From the human T2T-CHM13v2.0 reference genome, Homo sapiens, in NCBI RefSeq assembly GCF_009914755.1, contig NC_060934.1: a DNA stretch of 64,000 nt, one strand, 5' to 3'. Numbering within the stretch: the stretch's first letter is position 1; every line of letters starts with the position of its first letter. This document shows, one piece after another, positions 1 through 24,478 of the stretch. The notes under the pieces are model-generated. The model made no database searches. It saw nothing but the letters and a program-made list of their open reading frames with translations, and had not been told where the DNA came from. A program made the translations under genes and the position numbers.

Positions 1-884
<884 letters not shown>

Positions 885-1057
885 TAGTCCTATAATTTAA
901 GGCCTATGTAGATATAATTGCTACAAAGCCCACAAAAACTATATTAAAGGATATTCTATAAAACAATGGGCATGAACTCTTCTAATGATATAAAAGACAA
1001 AAAGCCTAGGGAACTGTCTAAATTAAAGGAGATTAAAGAGATGTAACAACTGAATGT

Positions 1058-2323
<1,266 letters not shown>

Positions 2324-2384
2324 TCTAAGTGCAAGTTGTTGTATCCCTTGAGTGGATCTTGGATTTAAAAAAAAAACAAATTAC

Positions 2385-3095
<711 letters not shown>

Positions 3096-3105
3096 TTAGG
3101 AATGA

Positions 3106-3717
<612 letters not shown>

Positions 3718-3749
3718 TACAACTTACTCTTAAATGGCTATTGGGGAAA

Positions 3750-3810
3750 TACACACACATATATATATATATAATATATTTTATATATAATATATTATAT
3801 ATATATAATA
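3750..3810. repeat. (CA)n/(TA)n low-complexity microsatellite
   Basis: acacacacatatatatatat... Confidence 0.85.
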
Positions 3811-6800
3811 GAGAGCGCGTGAGCGAGCATGCACGCAAAAATGTGGCAAAATGCTAACAATTGGTGAATCTAGAAGAAAGCTATATAGGTGTTCACTGTA
3901 TTATTCTTAGAGCTTTTTTGTAGGTTTGACTTTTTTTAAATAAAAATTTGTGGAAAAAAAACTACAAGGTCTCCCATTCTAAAAAGAGATGTGTATTTTT
4001 TTTTTTAAGGAATCAACAGTTCTTAAAATCAACTAATACTATTAGTGATGTATTTGTTTCAAGTACCAACTACAAATGGAAAAAAAAAAAATTCAGCTTG
4101 TGGAGCTGTATCCTGAACCACTGCAGCATTCATAAAATGGCAGACCAAGGAATGGCTGGTTTTGGATTGAGACCAACCCTAGAAGGAAAGGTCCATGGCC
4201 TGGACAGACAGGCAGCTCTCTCCTCTCACAAAATCAAGCTTCCTATTACCAGTGACCTTCCTAGAGAAACCTAAAGGGCACTGCTCTAGCCAGAGCTGCC
4301 TGAGTTCAGACTTTTTTTGGTACAGGCAGTCTGTCCCAAACATTCTCTCTGACTTTGGCTTTCAGGTCAGAGGACTTATCTGGTTTGCCTCAGGAGACTT
4401 TTTTTGGATTCAATTCAAGGGTACCAAAAACATCTAGGAGATGCCAGGTATGATGCTAAGTACTGAGGTTGCAAAGATGAACAAGCCAAAGAAGAACCCT
4501 GATCCAGAAAAAATCAGACTGTCAATAACTAATAAGCAACATTAAAAGCACTATGTTGGAGGTATGTCCTACAGGACACTGGGGAGAAAAAAAGGGAGCA
4601 GATTTGTCCAAACATCAGGGAACACCAAAGAGCAAAGGCCATATCTGACCCAGAGGCTGATTACTTTTCCAGAGAGTAAAGGCATTCCAAGTTCAGGAAG
4701 GTGCACAGGCCACGGCATGGAAAGGCCAAAGGGTCAACTCACTTGGACAACGGTGAGCAGAGTTCATTAGTTAGAGTATAGGATTGAGAGTGGTGGGTGG
4801 TAAGAGTTGAAGCAGCTCATCAATCCCTGCCTGCAGCGGAGAGCACTCACTGTAGGTCTCTGAACTGGATCTCTTATTCATTTTCCTCTTGAATGAGGAT
4901 ACCTGATCTCCAAGATTTACTCAACACTTATGTAATCTACACACTGCAGGGGACTACTATCATGAGCAAATTCTTGTTCTTAAGGAGTTTATATACTAGC
5001 ACTAGAAGATTGTATAGAATAAATTCACAGAGAACTCTGACTTAGGAACAATGCATTAATGATCCTAAGAAGTATTTTTGTAAACATATTTTTAAAAGTT
5101 GGACTTCACAGAAAGAAGAAAGATCACTTTCAGAGAAGACATGAATAGAGAAATCAGGAAAGGCTTTCTGTAGGTGGTGGCACAGGGGCCAGACCTTAAT
5201 GGTACAACATAGGTGAAAACATTGAAAACACGGAGAAGACATTCCAAGGGAAACAACTAACCTAAGTTAAAATGTAGAGGTAGCTCTGCAGATAGATACT
5301 GCCTAAGTGCACGGATTCCTAAACACTCTGCTTAGATTCAGAACTAAACATATTTCTTTAACAATATTTACTGTGTGAGGCTGAGACTTGATTCTAGCCT
5401 GTTTTGTGTTTTCTACGACACTACCAACTTTCTTTGTGGGTTGGTTGCTTGGCAGCAGGGGTGGGAATAGTTGGGAATGGACAAGAAAACAAGCCGGCAG
5501 CGTAGAACCACCTCAGAGTTCAAAATTGGTAATCTACTTCCTGTGTTCTTAGCAAAGTCTTGCAGTCCAGGGCAGTGACCTGGGGCATTTGGACTTAAAA
5601 TCTGCTGTTTACATAATCACACATTCCCTATATAAAGAGGTCCTTGTGAAGTCTGCCAATCTGTCAGTTCTAGTCACAGTCAGTTCAAACAAGCACCTGA
5701 CCAAGGAAACTGAGACCAGACTGGGGGTGTGGGAGAGAACTGGTCAAACTCGTTGGGTAATTTTATGATTACTGAGCATTACATTTAAGTCACAGGCAAG
5801 GACGCTAAGATTATTCAACACCTAATAAGCCTAAGTATTGTGTTAGTGCTTTCACACACTGCCTCACATAATCCTCTTAACAACCCAACGAGTAGTATTA
5901 ACTCAGATAAGTAAACTGAGGCTTAAAGGTTAAATTACTTGCTCAATGTCATATAGCTAGTAAATGCTGATGCCCACATCTGAGTCCACAAACCTAGCTT
6001 ATGCCCCACTGCCTGTTACACTCCCTCAGTCAGCAAACAACTGGGGAACTCTGTTTCAATCCAGGTGATGCTCTCCTACAGACAGATGAAGCTTTAGTCT
6101 GGCCTTGTGCATATACTGCCTGAGCTTTGATAGTCTTAATTTCTTCGCCTCCCTGGACTTTAACATTCCTCTGATCAGTTCTTAATGCTGTTTCAAATGA
6201 GTTTTTTTCTGTGCCAGTCTTCTCAAGACTGAAGTGGGTCCATTCTCCTTTGAAAGACAACCCAGGTCTTTGCTCTCAGTTTTCAAAAAATTTCACCAGA
6301 CCCTCCTAGCTGGCTTCCCATTCCTAACTCTGCAATTAACATATCCTCTGTTGGTCTCACCTGCTCACAGCCTTAGCCCTATCTAACTACTGTCAGCAAG
6401 TCCCAACCCAAGCTATATCCTCTTCTAAAACATCCTCTCTGCCTCAGTCTGCCAAATTTCCACCTTCCATTTCAGTTCCTAAAGTCTATTTTTTCCTCAA
6501 TAAAAGTTCTCATCAGGAGGAGTTATGACTTCTCTGAACTAAACAAGCATTTCCCCCCATCCCATCACCTCTGCCTGGTCATAGCACAGTGTGTACTTAG
6601 GTGACCTTGAACAAGATGTTTCTGTTATTTACGTGGCTGCTCAAGCTTTGTCCTGTGGACTATATATTCCTAATGACTTCTTTCTGTACAGTCCCTCAAA
6701 CTGTAAATGCTTTGAAAGCAAAGACTAACTTTATAGTTCATCTTCAATACAATGCTGAAGAGACAAGTGTTTATAAAAGTGTAAACTGAGAGTGTGCTAA

Positions 6801-9800
6801 GCTTTTAAAAGCAAAGATAGATGGACTCCATCTGTCAAAACAGAACAAAACAAAACAAAAAGCCCACCCTTGCTATCACACAATGCAGTTTCCATGTTTT
6901 TACAAGAAAATCCTTCCTGGGTATGAAAATCACAATCAAGTAAAATATTAAAATATAGGGTTCATAAATCACCAAACAGTGTGAGCACTATAAGCCAGGA
7001 CCTGATTTTTTTTTTTCTTAAAGGAAGACAGAATGTTACTCAAAAGATGACGAACTGCAAAAGGTTAAATACAGGCTAAAACCCTTGGCTTCCCAACTTG
7101 ATCAGTTTACGTAACTCAGAAGGTGGAAAAACTTGGAATCTGGCCTAAAATAACACTGACTTATTTCCATTCAAGTTATGCTACAAGGGAAAAAATGTGA
7201 AGTTTGAAAACTTTCCTTTCCAAAGCCAGATTTAGACAAGTTGAAGGAAAAAGAAATAAATGCTACACTGCAGCCCACTGCAGCTCCACAATGGCCTGTT
7301 TTTGCCCACTCAAAGTAGATTCCTCTTCCTTGTTCCTCAAGCAGGATCTCCTTAGCTAGCTGGCTTGTGTTCAAACTGAATAGTATGTGGCCTGGCTTGT
7401 GCCAGGTTCACAAACCATGCTGGTATTGCATAAACTTCCACAACTACATGACCTTGGTTAAGAGCACCAGAGGGCAAGCCAGCCTAGCCAGTGCAGAGGA
7501 CGTATAGAATCACCAGCAGAAATAGCCATCCAGGAATACAAACTTTTCTAAAAGTGGGTGGGAATCATTAGTGCACAAGGGTTTGGTCACTCTTGTATAA
7601 AGCTGTGTGCCTATTACTATTTCTGTTCACCTGGACCCTGTGCCCCTAGACTGCTGAAGCTGACACTGTAAGCTGCCCAAGTAAGCTGAGAATGACAGCT
7701 TCCTCCATTCCACTGCCAGCATCATTGGCTTCTGAAATCAGTTTCAGAGCCAGATGGCCAAACTCATGTACAACATCTGTAGCTGGCTGCCATCATTGCC
7801 TTTGCCCAAGAGGCCTCAACAGTGGTAGCACAGCTGTGCTCATTGCACAGCAGATGCCAGCTCCTTTCCCTGGGCCCATATTCTCTGTCCCACTATGAGA
7901 GGTGAGGCTATTGCAGTATCAGGATCAGCTGTTAGTGCAGAACAAGGGGTAGAAGGCTCAGGGTGGACAGGCATTTTTTGGTAGCTCCAGTGACAGCAAC
8001 TTTGGAGATGGAATATTTTCCCAGTGGGCAATGAGGGAGGTTATGCTATCTATCATCAAGCTTGTCATGTCCATCTTATCTTCCTAGTGGCCACATTCAC
8101 AGCTACATGCTAAAGGAAACAGACTTTTTTTTTTTTTTAAGACAGGGTCTCACTCGGTTGCCCAGGCTGGAGTGTAGTGTGGCACAATCTCGGCTTACTG
8201 CAGCCTTTACCTCCCCAGGCTCAGGTGATCCTCCCACCGCAGCCTCCCAAGTAGCTGGGACTACAGGCATATGTCACCATGCCCAGCTAATTTTTGTATT
8301 TTTTGCAGAGATGGCGTTTCACCATGTTGCCCAGACTGGTCTTGAACTCCTGGGCTCAAGTGTTCTACCTGCCTCGGCCTCCAAAAGTACTTAGATTACA
8401 GGCATGAACCACCACACCTGGCCCTAGAACTTCTTTTACTAAGTAGTCAAGGATTCTAGGGCCCTATCATTAGGATGACCTATGTCACAGCTAGGTGTTA
8501 AAAAATGAACTGGGTCAATCAAATTCCCTCTCTCTGGAATTCAACTAGAAATATGAAAACTATACAAACTGAGTCATGACAATGGTGGGAGATTACAATG
8601 GATAATTAGTAACTTCCACTGTTCAAATCCCTGCAGCTTGCCACACACCCTAGTACAGCCTCCATGATACCTGGTTATATTATAGCTCCTGTTCTTGGAC
8701 TCCCCTTGTTACTCATAACCACACCCCTGATTTGAGGTAGCACAAAAGAACTTATCCTTGCAGTCAAATAACTCAACTACCAAGCAGTTCACCCATGTCC
8801 AGAAATAGTGTGGCATCATCCACGAGGCAGAATTCCATGGTTAAGTTATGGCTAAAGGGCAGCTCAGACCTACAGCCCCAGTCTAAACCACCTCTTTGGA
8901 AATACTCCAGCTATGTGAGTATGACAAACAGAATACAAAGGCTCAGGAAAAAGCCAAGGACCACTTTCGTTTTCAAATGTTAAAATGTACCTTGGGTCAT
9001 ATAGCTTAAGATGCTAATTTTAATATAAAATCCAGCCTTGTAAATAACAGCATTATCTATCAGATTATATAGCTTAAACCTGTCCTCCTTTTCCACCAAT
9101 CATACAGAGGAGCAAAACAAATAAAAATAACTTTATTATCCACCAGGTAAAATAGTATAAACTATTGGTCTGTCAGGTTCAAGTCTGTCTAACAAAAGCT
9201 GTGTGTTCTTATGAAAAGATACTTCACCTCTTTCAGTCTCAGTTTAAAATAAAGGTTGCACTAGAATGAGATAATCTTTAAGGAACTTTCCACCTCTAAA
9301 ATGTGGTGGGTTCTATTCTCTGATCAAGTAATGAACTCATCATTTGCCAGGATACAATTCATTCATCTAATAGATACCTGAAGGTCATTGAGCCAAGTAT
9401 GCAAAGTACTTGGTATTGAGCAGTGAACAAAATATAAAAAAATTCCCTGCACTCATAAAACTTACATTGCAGTCTGGAAAAAAAGTCAGAAAAACACATC
9501 TAATTTTTCAGGTCATAATAAGCATTTTAAAGAAAAATAAAATGAGGGTAAAAAAGAAATAAATTGGCCAGGCACGGTGACTTACATCTGTAATCCTAGC
9601 ATTTTGGGAGGCCAAGGCAGGAGGATTGCTTGAAGCCAAGAGTTCAAGACCAGCCTGGACCCCATCTCTACTAACTAAATAAGTAAGTAGACAGAAAATG
9701 CGAGTAAGAGGAATACAGAAAAAGAGGATACAGGGGCTAGACATTTGAGCAGTGTCTAAGTGAGAAAGTGCTCCATTTAGAAATGTGGGGGAAGGCCTGG

Positions 9801-9915
9801 TGTGGTGGCTCACGACTGTAAATCTAGCACTTTGGGAGACCGAGGCAGGTGGATCACCTGAGGTCAAGAGTTCACGACCAGCCTGGGCAATATGGTGAGA
9901 CCCCCATCTCTACTA

Positions 9916-10116
<201 letters not shown>

Positions 10117-10625
10117 TCAGAAAAAAGGAAGTACTAAGGCCCCCCAGAGGCCTCAGTTGTCTTGTCCAAAGAATAGCAAAGTAGTCAGTGTGGCCATAGT
10201 GGGTAAGGGAGAGAATGATAGGAGCTAATGTTAGAAAACACCCAAAATTCAACAGATGAGACCTAAGAGGAAAAGACTTAAAACACTTCAAGTACAAGAC
10301 TCATACCAATGTGGCCCCTGGGTTCTTCAGGGGTGCACTATACACCAAACACAGAAGCAAAAAGGTAAGTTCACAACCACAATGTACCATTTATCTGACT
10401 TGAAACTAAGCACAACATTTGATACAGATGTCCAAATTAGCTAAAACTTCATACAGAAAATTGCTTTGGGAAGCCATATAATAGCAAATCTGGAGTCATT
10501 AATATTTTCATTTATTTTAACTGTGGTTAAGTAACCTTCACAAAATTTATCCTACAGAAAATAATCTGAAAGAGAAGGCCATGTACAAAAATATACCAAG
10601 AGAAGCATTACTTCTAATAACCCTT

Positions 10626-10825
10626 CAGAAGTATCCAATCTTTTGGCTTCCCTGGGCCACACTTGAAGAAGAATTGTCTTGGGCCACACATACAATATAG
10701 TAACACTGATAGCTGATAGGCTAAAAAGAAATGGCAAAAATAAAAAACATAATGTTTTAAGAAAGTATACAAATTTTTCCTGAGCTGCATGTGGCCTGTG
10801 GGCAACAGATTGGATAAGCTTGGCC
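10626..10825 (+). mobile_element. MER30-like hAT DNA element
   Basis: Contains tccaatcttttggcttccctgggccacac and ends ttggataagcttg. Confidence 0.75.
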
Positions 10826-10892
10826 TAGATGACCAAAAAGCAAGTCAGTTATGGTACAAACTCCTTGAAAGGTGGCCTCTTTAAAAATATGA

Positions 10893-11860
10893 AAATTGGT
10901 AACTAATTAAACTGAAGAGCTTCTGCATAGCAAAAGAAACTATCAAAAGAGTGAACAGACAACCTACAGAGTGAGAGAAAATTTTTGCAAACTATGCATT
11001 TGACAAAGGTCTAATATCCAGCATCTGTAAGGAACTTCAACAAATTTATAAGAAAAAAATAAATAGTTTCATTAAAAAGTGGGCAAAGGACATGAACAGA
11101 CACTTTTCATAAGACACACATGCAGCCAACAAACATGAAAAAAAGCTCAATATCGCTGATCATTAGAGAAATGCAAATCAAAATCACAATAAGATACCAC
11201 CTCACACTAGTCAGAATGGCTTACTAAAAAGTCAAAAAATAACAGGTGCTGGTGAGGTTGCACAGAAAAAGGAACGCTTATACACTGCTGGTGGGAGTGT
11301 AAATTAGTTCAGCCATTGTGGAAAACAGTGTGGCAATTCCTCAAAGACCTAAAAACAACTACCATTTGAGCCAGCAAACCCATTACTGGGTATATACTCA
11401 AAGGAACATAAATCGTTCTATCATAAAGACACATGCACATGTGTGTTCACTGCAGCACTATTCACAATAGCAAAGACATGGAATCAACCTAAATGCCTAT
11501 CAATGGTAGACTGGATAAAGAAAACGTGGTACATATATACCATGGAATAGTACGCAATCATTAAAAAGAACAAGATTATGTCCTTTGCAGGAACACAGAT
11601 GGAGCTGGAGGCTATTATCCTTAGCAAAGTAGTGAACAGAAAACCAAATACCACATGTTCTCACTTATACATGGGAGCTAAATGATGAGAACACATGGAC
11701 ACATAGAGGGGAACAACAGACACAATAGACACTGGGGCCTATCGGAGGGTGGAGGGTGGGAGGAGGGAGAGGATCAGGAAAAATAACTAATGGGCACTAG
11801 GCTTAATACCTGGGTGACCAAATAATCTGTATAACAAACCCCTATGACCTACATAACAAA
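10893..11860 (+). mobile_element. L1 3' fragment (L1PA15/16-like)
   Basis: Starts with ORF2-end sequence ctaattaaactgaagagcttctgc. 3'UTR contains ggagggagaggatcaggaaaaataactaatggg. Confidence 0.85.
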
Positions 11861-14164
11861 AAGACTGGAAGGAGATAGAAAAATGATGGTTGGTTCTGCT
11901 GGGATGGTTCTGCTGTTCTGTTGGGATTATTCTTATTGTTTATAAAATAACATGTTCAAAGAGAACCAGATTGCTTTGTTCTGGTTCTACTACTTCATTA
12001 TAATACCAAGGTCTACAATTAGAATAACAATAGAAAATACTGGGATCATATAACTGACAAGAGGGCCTTCATATCTACTCTCTCTGGGAGACTAGATCAA
12101 TTTAGGAGAAAAAAAATCCTTCAAGGCTCTTTCATTTTTCTTCTACCTCACAACATCCCTGTTGCGCATGGTAGCTCACGCCTGTAATCCCAACACTTTG
12201 GGAGGCTGAAGTGAGAGCATCGCTTGAGCCCAGGAGTTTGAGAACAGCCCAGGCAACAGAGCAAGACTCTGTCTCCACAAAAAATAAAAATAAAAAATAA
12301 GCCAGGCATGGTAGTGAGTGCAGCTACTTAGGAGGCTAAGGCAGGAGGACTGCTTGAGCCCTGGAAGTCAAGGCTGCAGTGAGCCATGATTGTACTACTG
12401 CACTCTAGCCTGGGTGACAGAGTGTGGCCCTGTCTCCAAACAAACAAACAAAAAACAAATTACAGCCACACTTCCTTCATTTCTCCAAAGGCACTGAAGC
12501 CTTTTTTTCATACTTAGTTCTCCCTGCATGATAGTCCTCTGCTTGGAATTTGCTTCCCTACATGTTCTAGCTAACTCCTCAATTTTCAGGTCTGCTTAAA
12601 TGCCATTTTCTCAAACAAGCTCTCTCCATACTCCCAATCTAAACTGATGCCCCCTTTTTAGAGTCTCTACTGCACTCTATTTTTCCTTCAGAGAACTTAT
12701 CAGTTTGTAATCATGTTTACTTTTGTGACTATCTGATTAATTTCTTATCTCCCCCATAGGACTATAAGTTTGTGAGGTCCAGGACCAAGTCATGAAAACA
12801 AACATTGTGACTTTTATGCCTTCCTTCGCCTTCCATGGTCTCAGTGGTGTTCTAAGGGCAACCATTTCCTTACTTGTGGTCCACAGACAAACTGATCCAT
12901 AAGGCTCTGTATATCCTCAATGGGTCATTAAATGTCTTAATGGCCCTTGTGCTGAAAGAGCTGAAGTCTGCATGGCCTCCCACTCTGCTAGCTCAAAAAC
13001 ATGCAACGAGACAGTCCATGTATCTGGCCACCTGGCCATTCTTTCCCTATGTGGCTTTTTTTTTTTTTTTTGCCACCAACTGAGGTCTATCTATGTGGAT
13101 TTTAAGCTCTTAACAATCCACTGAAAATGGTCATGCTTTTACAAACCCTACTTCAAATCTGCACCAAGGTAAACTTGCTGCATGAACAGATGATTCTATT
13201 TCACTATGTATACACTATCTGAGAAAGGCTAAAGGGCTGAATAGTGGATGGTTCATGTTTTCCTTTCTAGTTACACACAAGCCTAATACAGCTAAACAAA
13301 CTTTACCTAATGGCCAATGTGAGGTGACCTAAGAAAAATTATTATCAGCAAGAGGGGGTATTATTAAGAAGGCATTGAACAGTTTGAGGTGAACAATGTA
13401 GATATTCTTAACATTGGAATAACATCAAATATCTTTAGGCTCTGCCCAAATAGGTCATCAACCTTCAGACTTTAGCTGAGAGCAAAACACAACAGGAGCC
13501 AATAGTCTAATAATTATTTCTCTTCCCTGACCCCAATCACCAAGAAGGCAATCTGCTCTCTGAGGATGCAAGCCTGAGGACCAGAATCAGGAGATTAGAT
13601 TCTCTTCTTGGCATAGCTCTCACTGGTCCATCTCAACACCTAACCTCAGCTATAAAATGAGGGCACCAGCACTAATGTACTATAGTTCTATATTTAATGC
13701 TGTTATTTTGGAGTGTACCAAGAGCTATCTATGGAGGCTGTAGAGGTGCTAAACTCCGTACTGCTCTGACCAACCCTAACATTCTCTTCAATTCTCAGTT
13801 AACAATTTAAGTAGGATGTTGTAAAATATGGCATATACACGAAGAAGGCAGAAAAGAAGAATGCTGATCCAGCAACTATTAGACATAACATATAAGTGAG
13901 AAAATAAAAATATTTAGCTTGGAAAGAGAAACTGATAGTCCTTTAAGTACCTAGAGTTAGATGTCACAATGATGACTTATTCTGTCTTACTTTATAAGAC
14001 ATCGTTGACTAAGGAGTAAAGATTGCAGGGAAGCATTTGACACAATAGAGGGAAACATGTAATAACTAACTAGGCCTACAAATATAAAGACTTCTGAAAT
14101 AAACTGCCTCCCTTGTCACCGGATGTCTCAAAGCAAAATGAGCAATTCTGTGGGCCATTTTGGA

Positions 14165-14590
14165 GCAGGAGTCAACATACGTTTTCTGTAAAGAGATGTG
14201 TGTGCCACATATAATTCCTTAAAGATGTAAAAAAAATCCTTAAGCTCACAGGTCATACAAAAACAGGTAGTTTGTTGACCCTTGTTCTAGAGAAGCACTG
14301 TCTAACAGAAATGTAATATGACTCACATATGTAATTAAAATTTTTCCAGTATCTGTATTTTAAAAGGTAAAAAGAAACAGGTGAAGTTAATTTTAATATC
14401 TTATTTAATCCAATATCTCCATAAAGTTATTTTAACATGCAAACAAAATTATTAATGAGATTCTCTACATTTAAAACAAAACTAAGCCTTTAAAATGCAG
14501 TGTATATTTACACGTAAAACCATATCTCAAGTCAAACTAGTCACATTTCAAGTGCTCATTAGCTACATACTGCAGCAAGTAGTTCTAGAT
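14165..14590. mobile_element. MER58-like plus MER3/MER33-like hAT remnants
   Basis: MER58-like: caggagtcaacatacgttttctgtaaag...tttgttgacccttg. MER3/MER33-like: gcactgtctaacagaaat...cacatttcaagtgctca. Confidence 0.55.
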
Positions 14591-14714
14591 AAACTGTGCA
14601 TTTCTTGAGAAACAGAAGAGATGACCTCCCAATCAATATTCAATTCTAAGAACGCAAATCGATGAGGAAAAAATTGGACTAGCCAGCCTATAAACAAAAC
14701 TGGGGGATCTGTCA

Positions 14715-15010
14715 AGCTACCTGAAAAAATAAAGCTGGATCCTTTCTCATGCCTTACTCCAATATAAATTCCAGACCAAAACAAGATGTCAATGTCAAAA
14801 GTAAAGTAATACAAGCAACAACAACAAAAAGAAAACAACATGTGTAGTATTTTCTTATTGTCTTGCAGCGGGAAAAATCTTTTAAGGCATGTCATAAATA
14901 TTCAGAAAACACAAAGAAGACATTAATAAATTTACCTATATAAAAATTTATGTTAGTACTACAAAAAAACATTAAAGAGGGTCAAAAAGTAAATGACAAA
15001 TGGGGGAAGG
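14715..15010 (+). mobile_element. Ancient L1M fragment
   Basis: Degenerate L1 ORF2-like sequence aaaaataaagctggatcctttctcatgccttac. Confidence 0.55.
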
Positions 15011-15013
15011 TTA

Positions 15014-18573
<3,560 letters not shown>

Positions 18574-18965
18574 CTTCAAATTAAGACCTCAAACTATGAA
18601 ACTACTAAAAGAAATACTAAGACAAACAAACAAACAAACAAAAACACTGGGGAAAATCTCCAAGACATTGGTCTGGGCACAAAGATTTCTTGAGTAATAC
18701 CCCACAAGCAAAGGCAACCAAAGCAAAATGGACAAATGGGATCACATCAAGTTAAAAAGCTTCTGCACAGCAAAGGAAACAGTCAACAAAGTGAAGAGAC
18801 AACCCACAGAATGGGAGAAAATAGTTACAAACTGTCAATCTAACAAGGGATTAATAACAATATATAAAGAGCTCAAACAACTCAATAGGAAAAAAAACTA
18901 ATAATCTGATTTAAAAACGGGCAAAAGAGAGTTTCTAAGGATCATGTCTGAGAGTGAGTATTTCT

Positions 18966-19258
18966 TCTTTTTTTTTCTAAGGCGTAGTCTTGCTCTGTCA
19001 CCCAGGCTGGAGTGCAGTGGCATGATCTCGGCTCACTGTAAACTCTGCCCCCCAGATTCAAGTGATTCTCCTGCCTCAGCCTCCTGAGTAGCTGGGATTA
19101 CAGGCATGGGCTACCACGCCCAGCTAATTTTTGTATTTTTAGTAGAGATGGGGTTTCACCATGTTGGCCAGGCTGGTCTCGAACTCCTGACCTCGTGATC
19201 TGCCCGCCTCAGCCTCTCAAAGTGCTGGGATTATAAGTGTGAGCCACCGCGCCCGGCC
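18966..19258 (-). repeat. AluS inserted in the EIF4A1 pseudogene
   Basis: 15-bp TSD agagtgagtatttct at 18951-18965 and 19260-19274. Confidence 0.93.
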
Positions 19259-20116
19259 AAGAGTGAGTATTTCTGATCCAGAGACAATGGTCCCGATGAG
19301 ATGGAGCCTGAAGGCATCATTGAGAGAAACTGAAATGAGATTGTTGACAGTTTTGATGATATGAACCTCTTGGAATCCCTCCTCCATGGCATCTATGCCT
19401 ATGGTTTTGAGAAGTCCTCTGCCATCCAGCAGCGAGCCATTCTTCTTGTATCAAGGATTATGATGTGATCACTCAAGCCCTATCTGGGACTGGGAAAATG
19501 GCCACTTTTGCCATATCAATTCTGCAGTAGATTGAATTAGATCTAAAGGCTACCCACACCTTGGTCCCAGCATCCACTTGATAATTGGCTCAAAAGATAG
19601 AAAAGGTGGTCATGACACTAGGAGACTACATGGGTGCCTCCTGTCATGGCTGTATTGGGGGCACCAACGTGCATGCTGAGGTGCAGAAACTACAGATGGA
19701 AGTTCCCCATATCATCGTGGGTACCCCTGGCCATATATCTGATATGCTTAACCAGAGATACCTGTCTCCCAAATACATCAAGATGTTTGTACTGGACGAA
19801 GCTGATGAAATGTTAAGCCATGGATTCAAGGACTCAATCTATGACATATTCCAAAAGCTCAACAGCAACACCCAGGTGGTTTTGCTATCAGCCACAAGGC
19901 CTTCTGATGTGCTTGAGGTGACCAAGAAGTTCATAAGGGACCCCATTTGGATTCCTGTCAAGAAGGAAGAGTTGACCCTGGAGGGGGTCCACCAATTCTA
20001 CATCAATGTGGAACATGAGGAGTGGAAACTGAGCACACTGTGTGGCTTGTATGAAACCCTGATTGTCACCCTAGGCAGTCATCTTCATCAATACTGGAAA
20101 GAAGGTGGATTGGCTC

Positions 20117-20411
20117 GGCTGGGTGCAGTGGCTCACGCCTGTAATCCCAGCACTTTGGGAGGCCAAGGTGGGCGGATCACAAGGTCAGGAGAGCCAGACC
20201 ATCCTGGCTTACATGGTGAAACCCCATCTCTACTAAAAATACAAAAAGAAATTAGCCGGGCATGGTGGCAAGTGCCTGTAGTCCCAGCTACTGGGAGGCT
20301 GAGGCAGGAGAATGGCATGAACCCGGGAGGAGGAGCTTGCAGTGAGCCGAGATCGCACAACTGCACTCCAGCCTGGGTGACAGAGCAAGACTCTGTCTCA
20401 AAAAAAAAAAG
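20117..20411 (+). repeat. AluY-like element inserted in the EIF4A1 pseudogene
   Basis: 18-bp TSD aagaa(g/a)gtggattggctc at 20099-20116 and 20412-20429. Confidence 0.93.
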
Positions 20412-21351
20412 AAGAAAGTGGATTGGCTCACTGAGAAGATGCATGCTTGGGACTTCACTGTCTCTGCCATGCATGGAGATATGGAACAAAAGAATGAAAT
20501 GTGATCATGAGGGAGTTTTGTTCTGGCTCTCACAGAGTATTGATTACCACTGACCCGCAGCCAGAGGCATTCATGTGCAGCAGGTTTCTTCAGTTATCAA
20601 CTGTGACCTTCCCACCTGTATCCACAGAATTGGTCGAGGTGGATGGTTTGGCCATAAGGGTGTGGCTATTAACATGGTAACAGAAGAAGACAAGAGGACT
20701 CTTTAAGAAACTGAGACCTTATACAACACCTCCATTGAGGTGATGGCCCTCAATGTTGCTGACCTCATCTGAGGGGCTATCCTGCTACCTAGCCCCAGCC
20801 AGGATTCATTCTTGGGAAACTGAGGAGCAGCAGGAGGCGGAAGGAAAGAGAGCCAAGGGATGGACATCTTGTAATTTTTTTCCTTGAATAAACGTCACTT
20901 TTTGAGGCAAAAAAAAAAAAAAAGGGAGGGTGAAAGATCTGAATAGGCATTTCTCAAAAGACAACATACAAATGGCAAACAGATATATGAAAAGGTGCTC
21001 AATATTACTGATTGTCAGCGAAAGGCAAATCAAAACTACAATGTGATATCATCTCACCACAGTTAAAATGGTTTTTATCCAAAAGACAGGCTATAAGAAA
21101 TGCTGGTGAGGATGTGGAGAAAAGGGAACACTTGTACGCTGTTGGTGAGAATATAAATTAGTATAGCCACTATGGAGAACAGCATGGAGGTTCCTCAAAA
21201 AACTAAAAATAGAGCTACCATATGATCCATCAATCATACTGCTAGGTATATATAACCAAAAGAAAGGAAATCAGTATATCAAAGAGATACCTGTACTCCC
21301 ATGTTTGTTGCAGCACTATTCACAATAGCCAGGATTTGGAAACAACCTTTA

Positions 21352-24478
<3,127 letters not shown>

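Larger units (their letters stand above)
18929..20922 (+). pseudogene. EIF4A1P8: Processed pseudogene of EIF4A1 (DEAD-box helicase), interrupted by two Alus; symbol recalled, not verified
   Basis: 5'UTR gtttctaaggatc then ATG at 18944. Contains [16 protein letters not shown] and LLSAT motifs, with in-frame stops and frameshifts. Native stop at 20770-20772, AATAAA at 20887, poly(A) at 20909-20922. Confidence 0.93.

Noticed and set aside
19585-20553. 322-aa ORF as a real helicase gene
   Set aside because: It is a chance read-through of the EIF4A1 pseudogene into an Alu. The N-terminus has stops and frameshifts and the C-terminal domain is out of frame.
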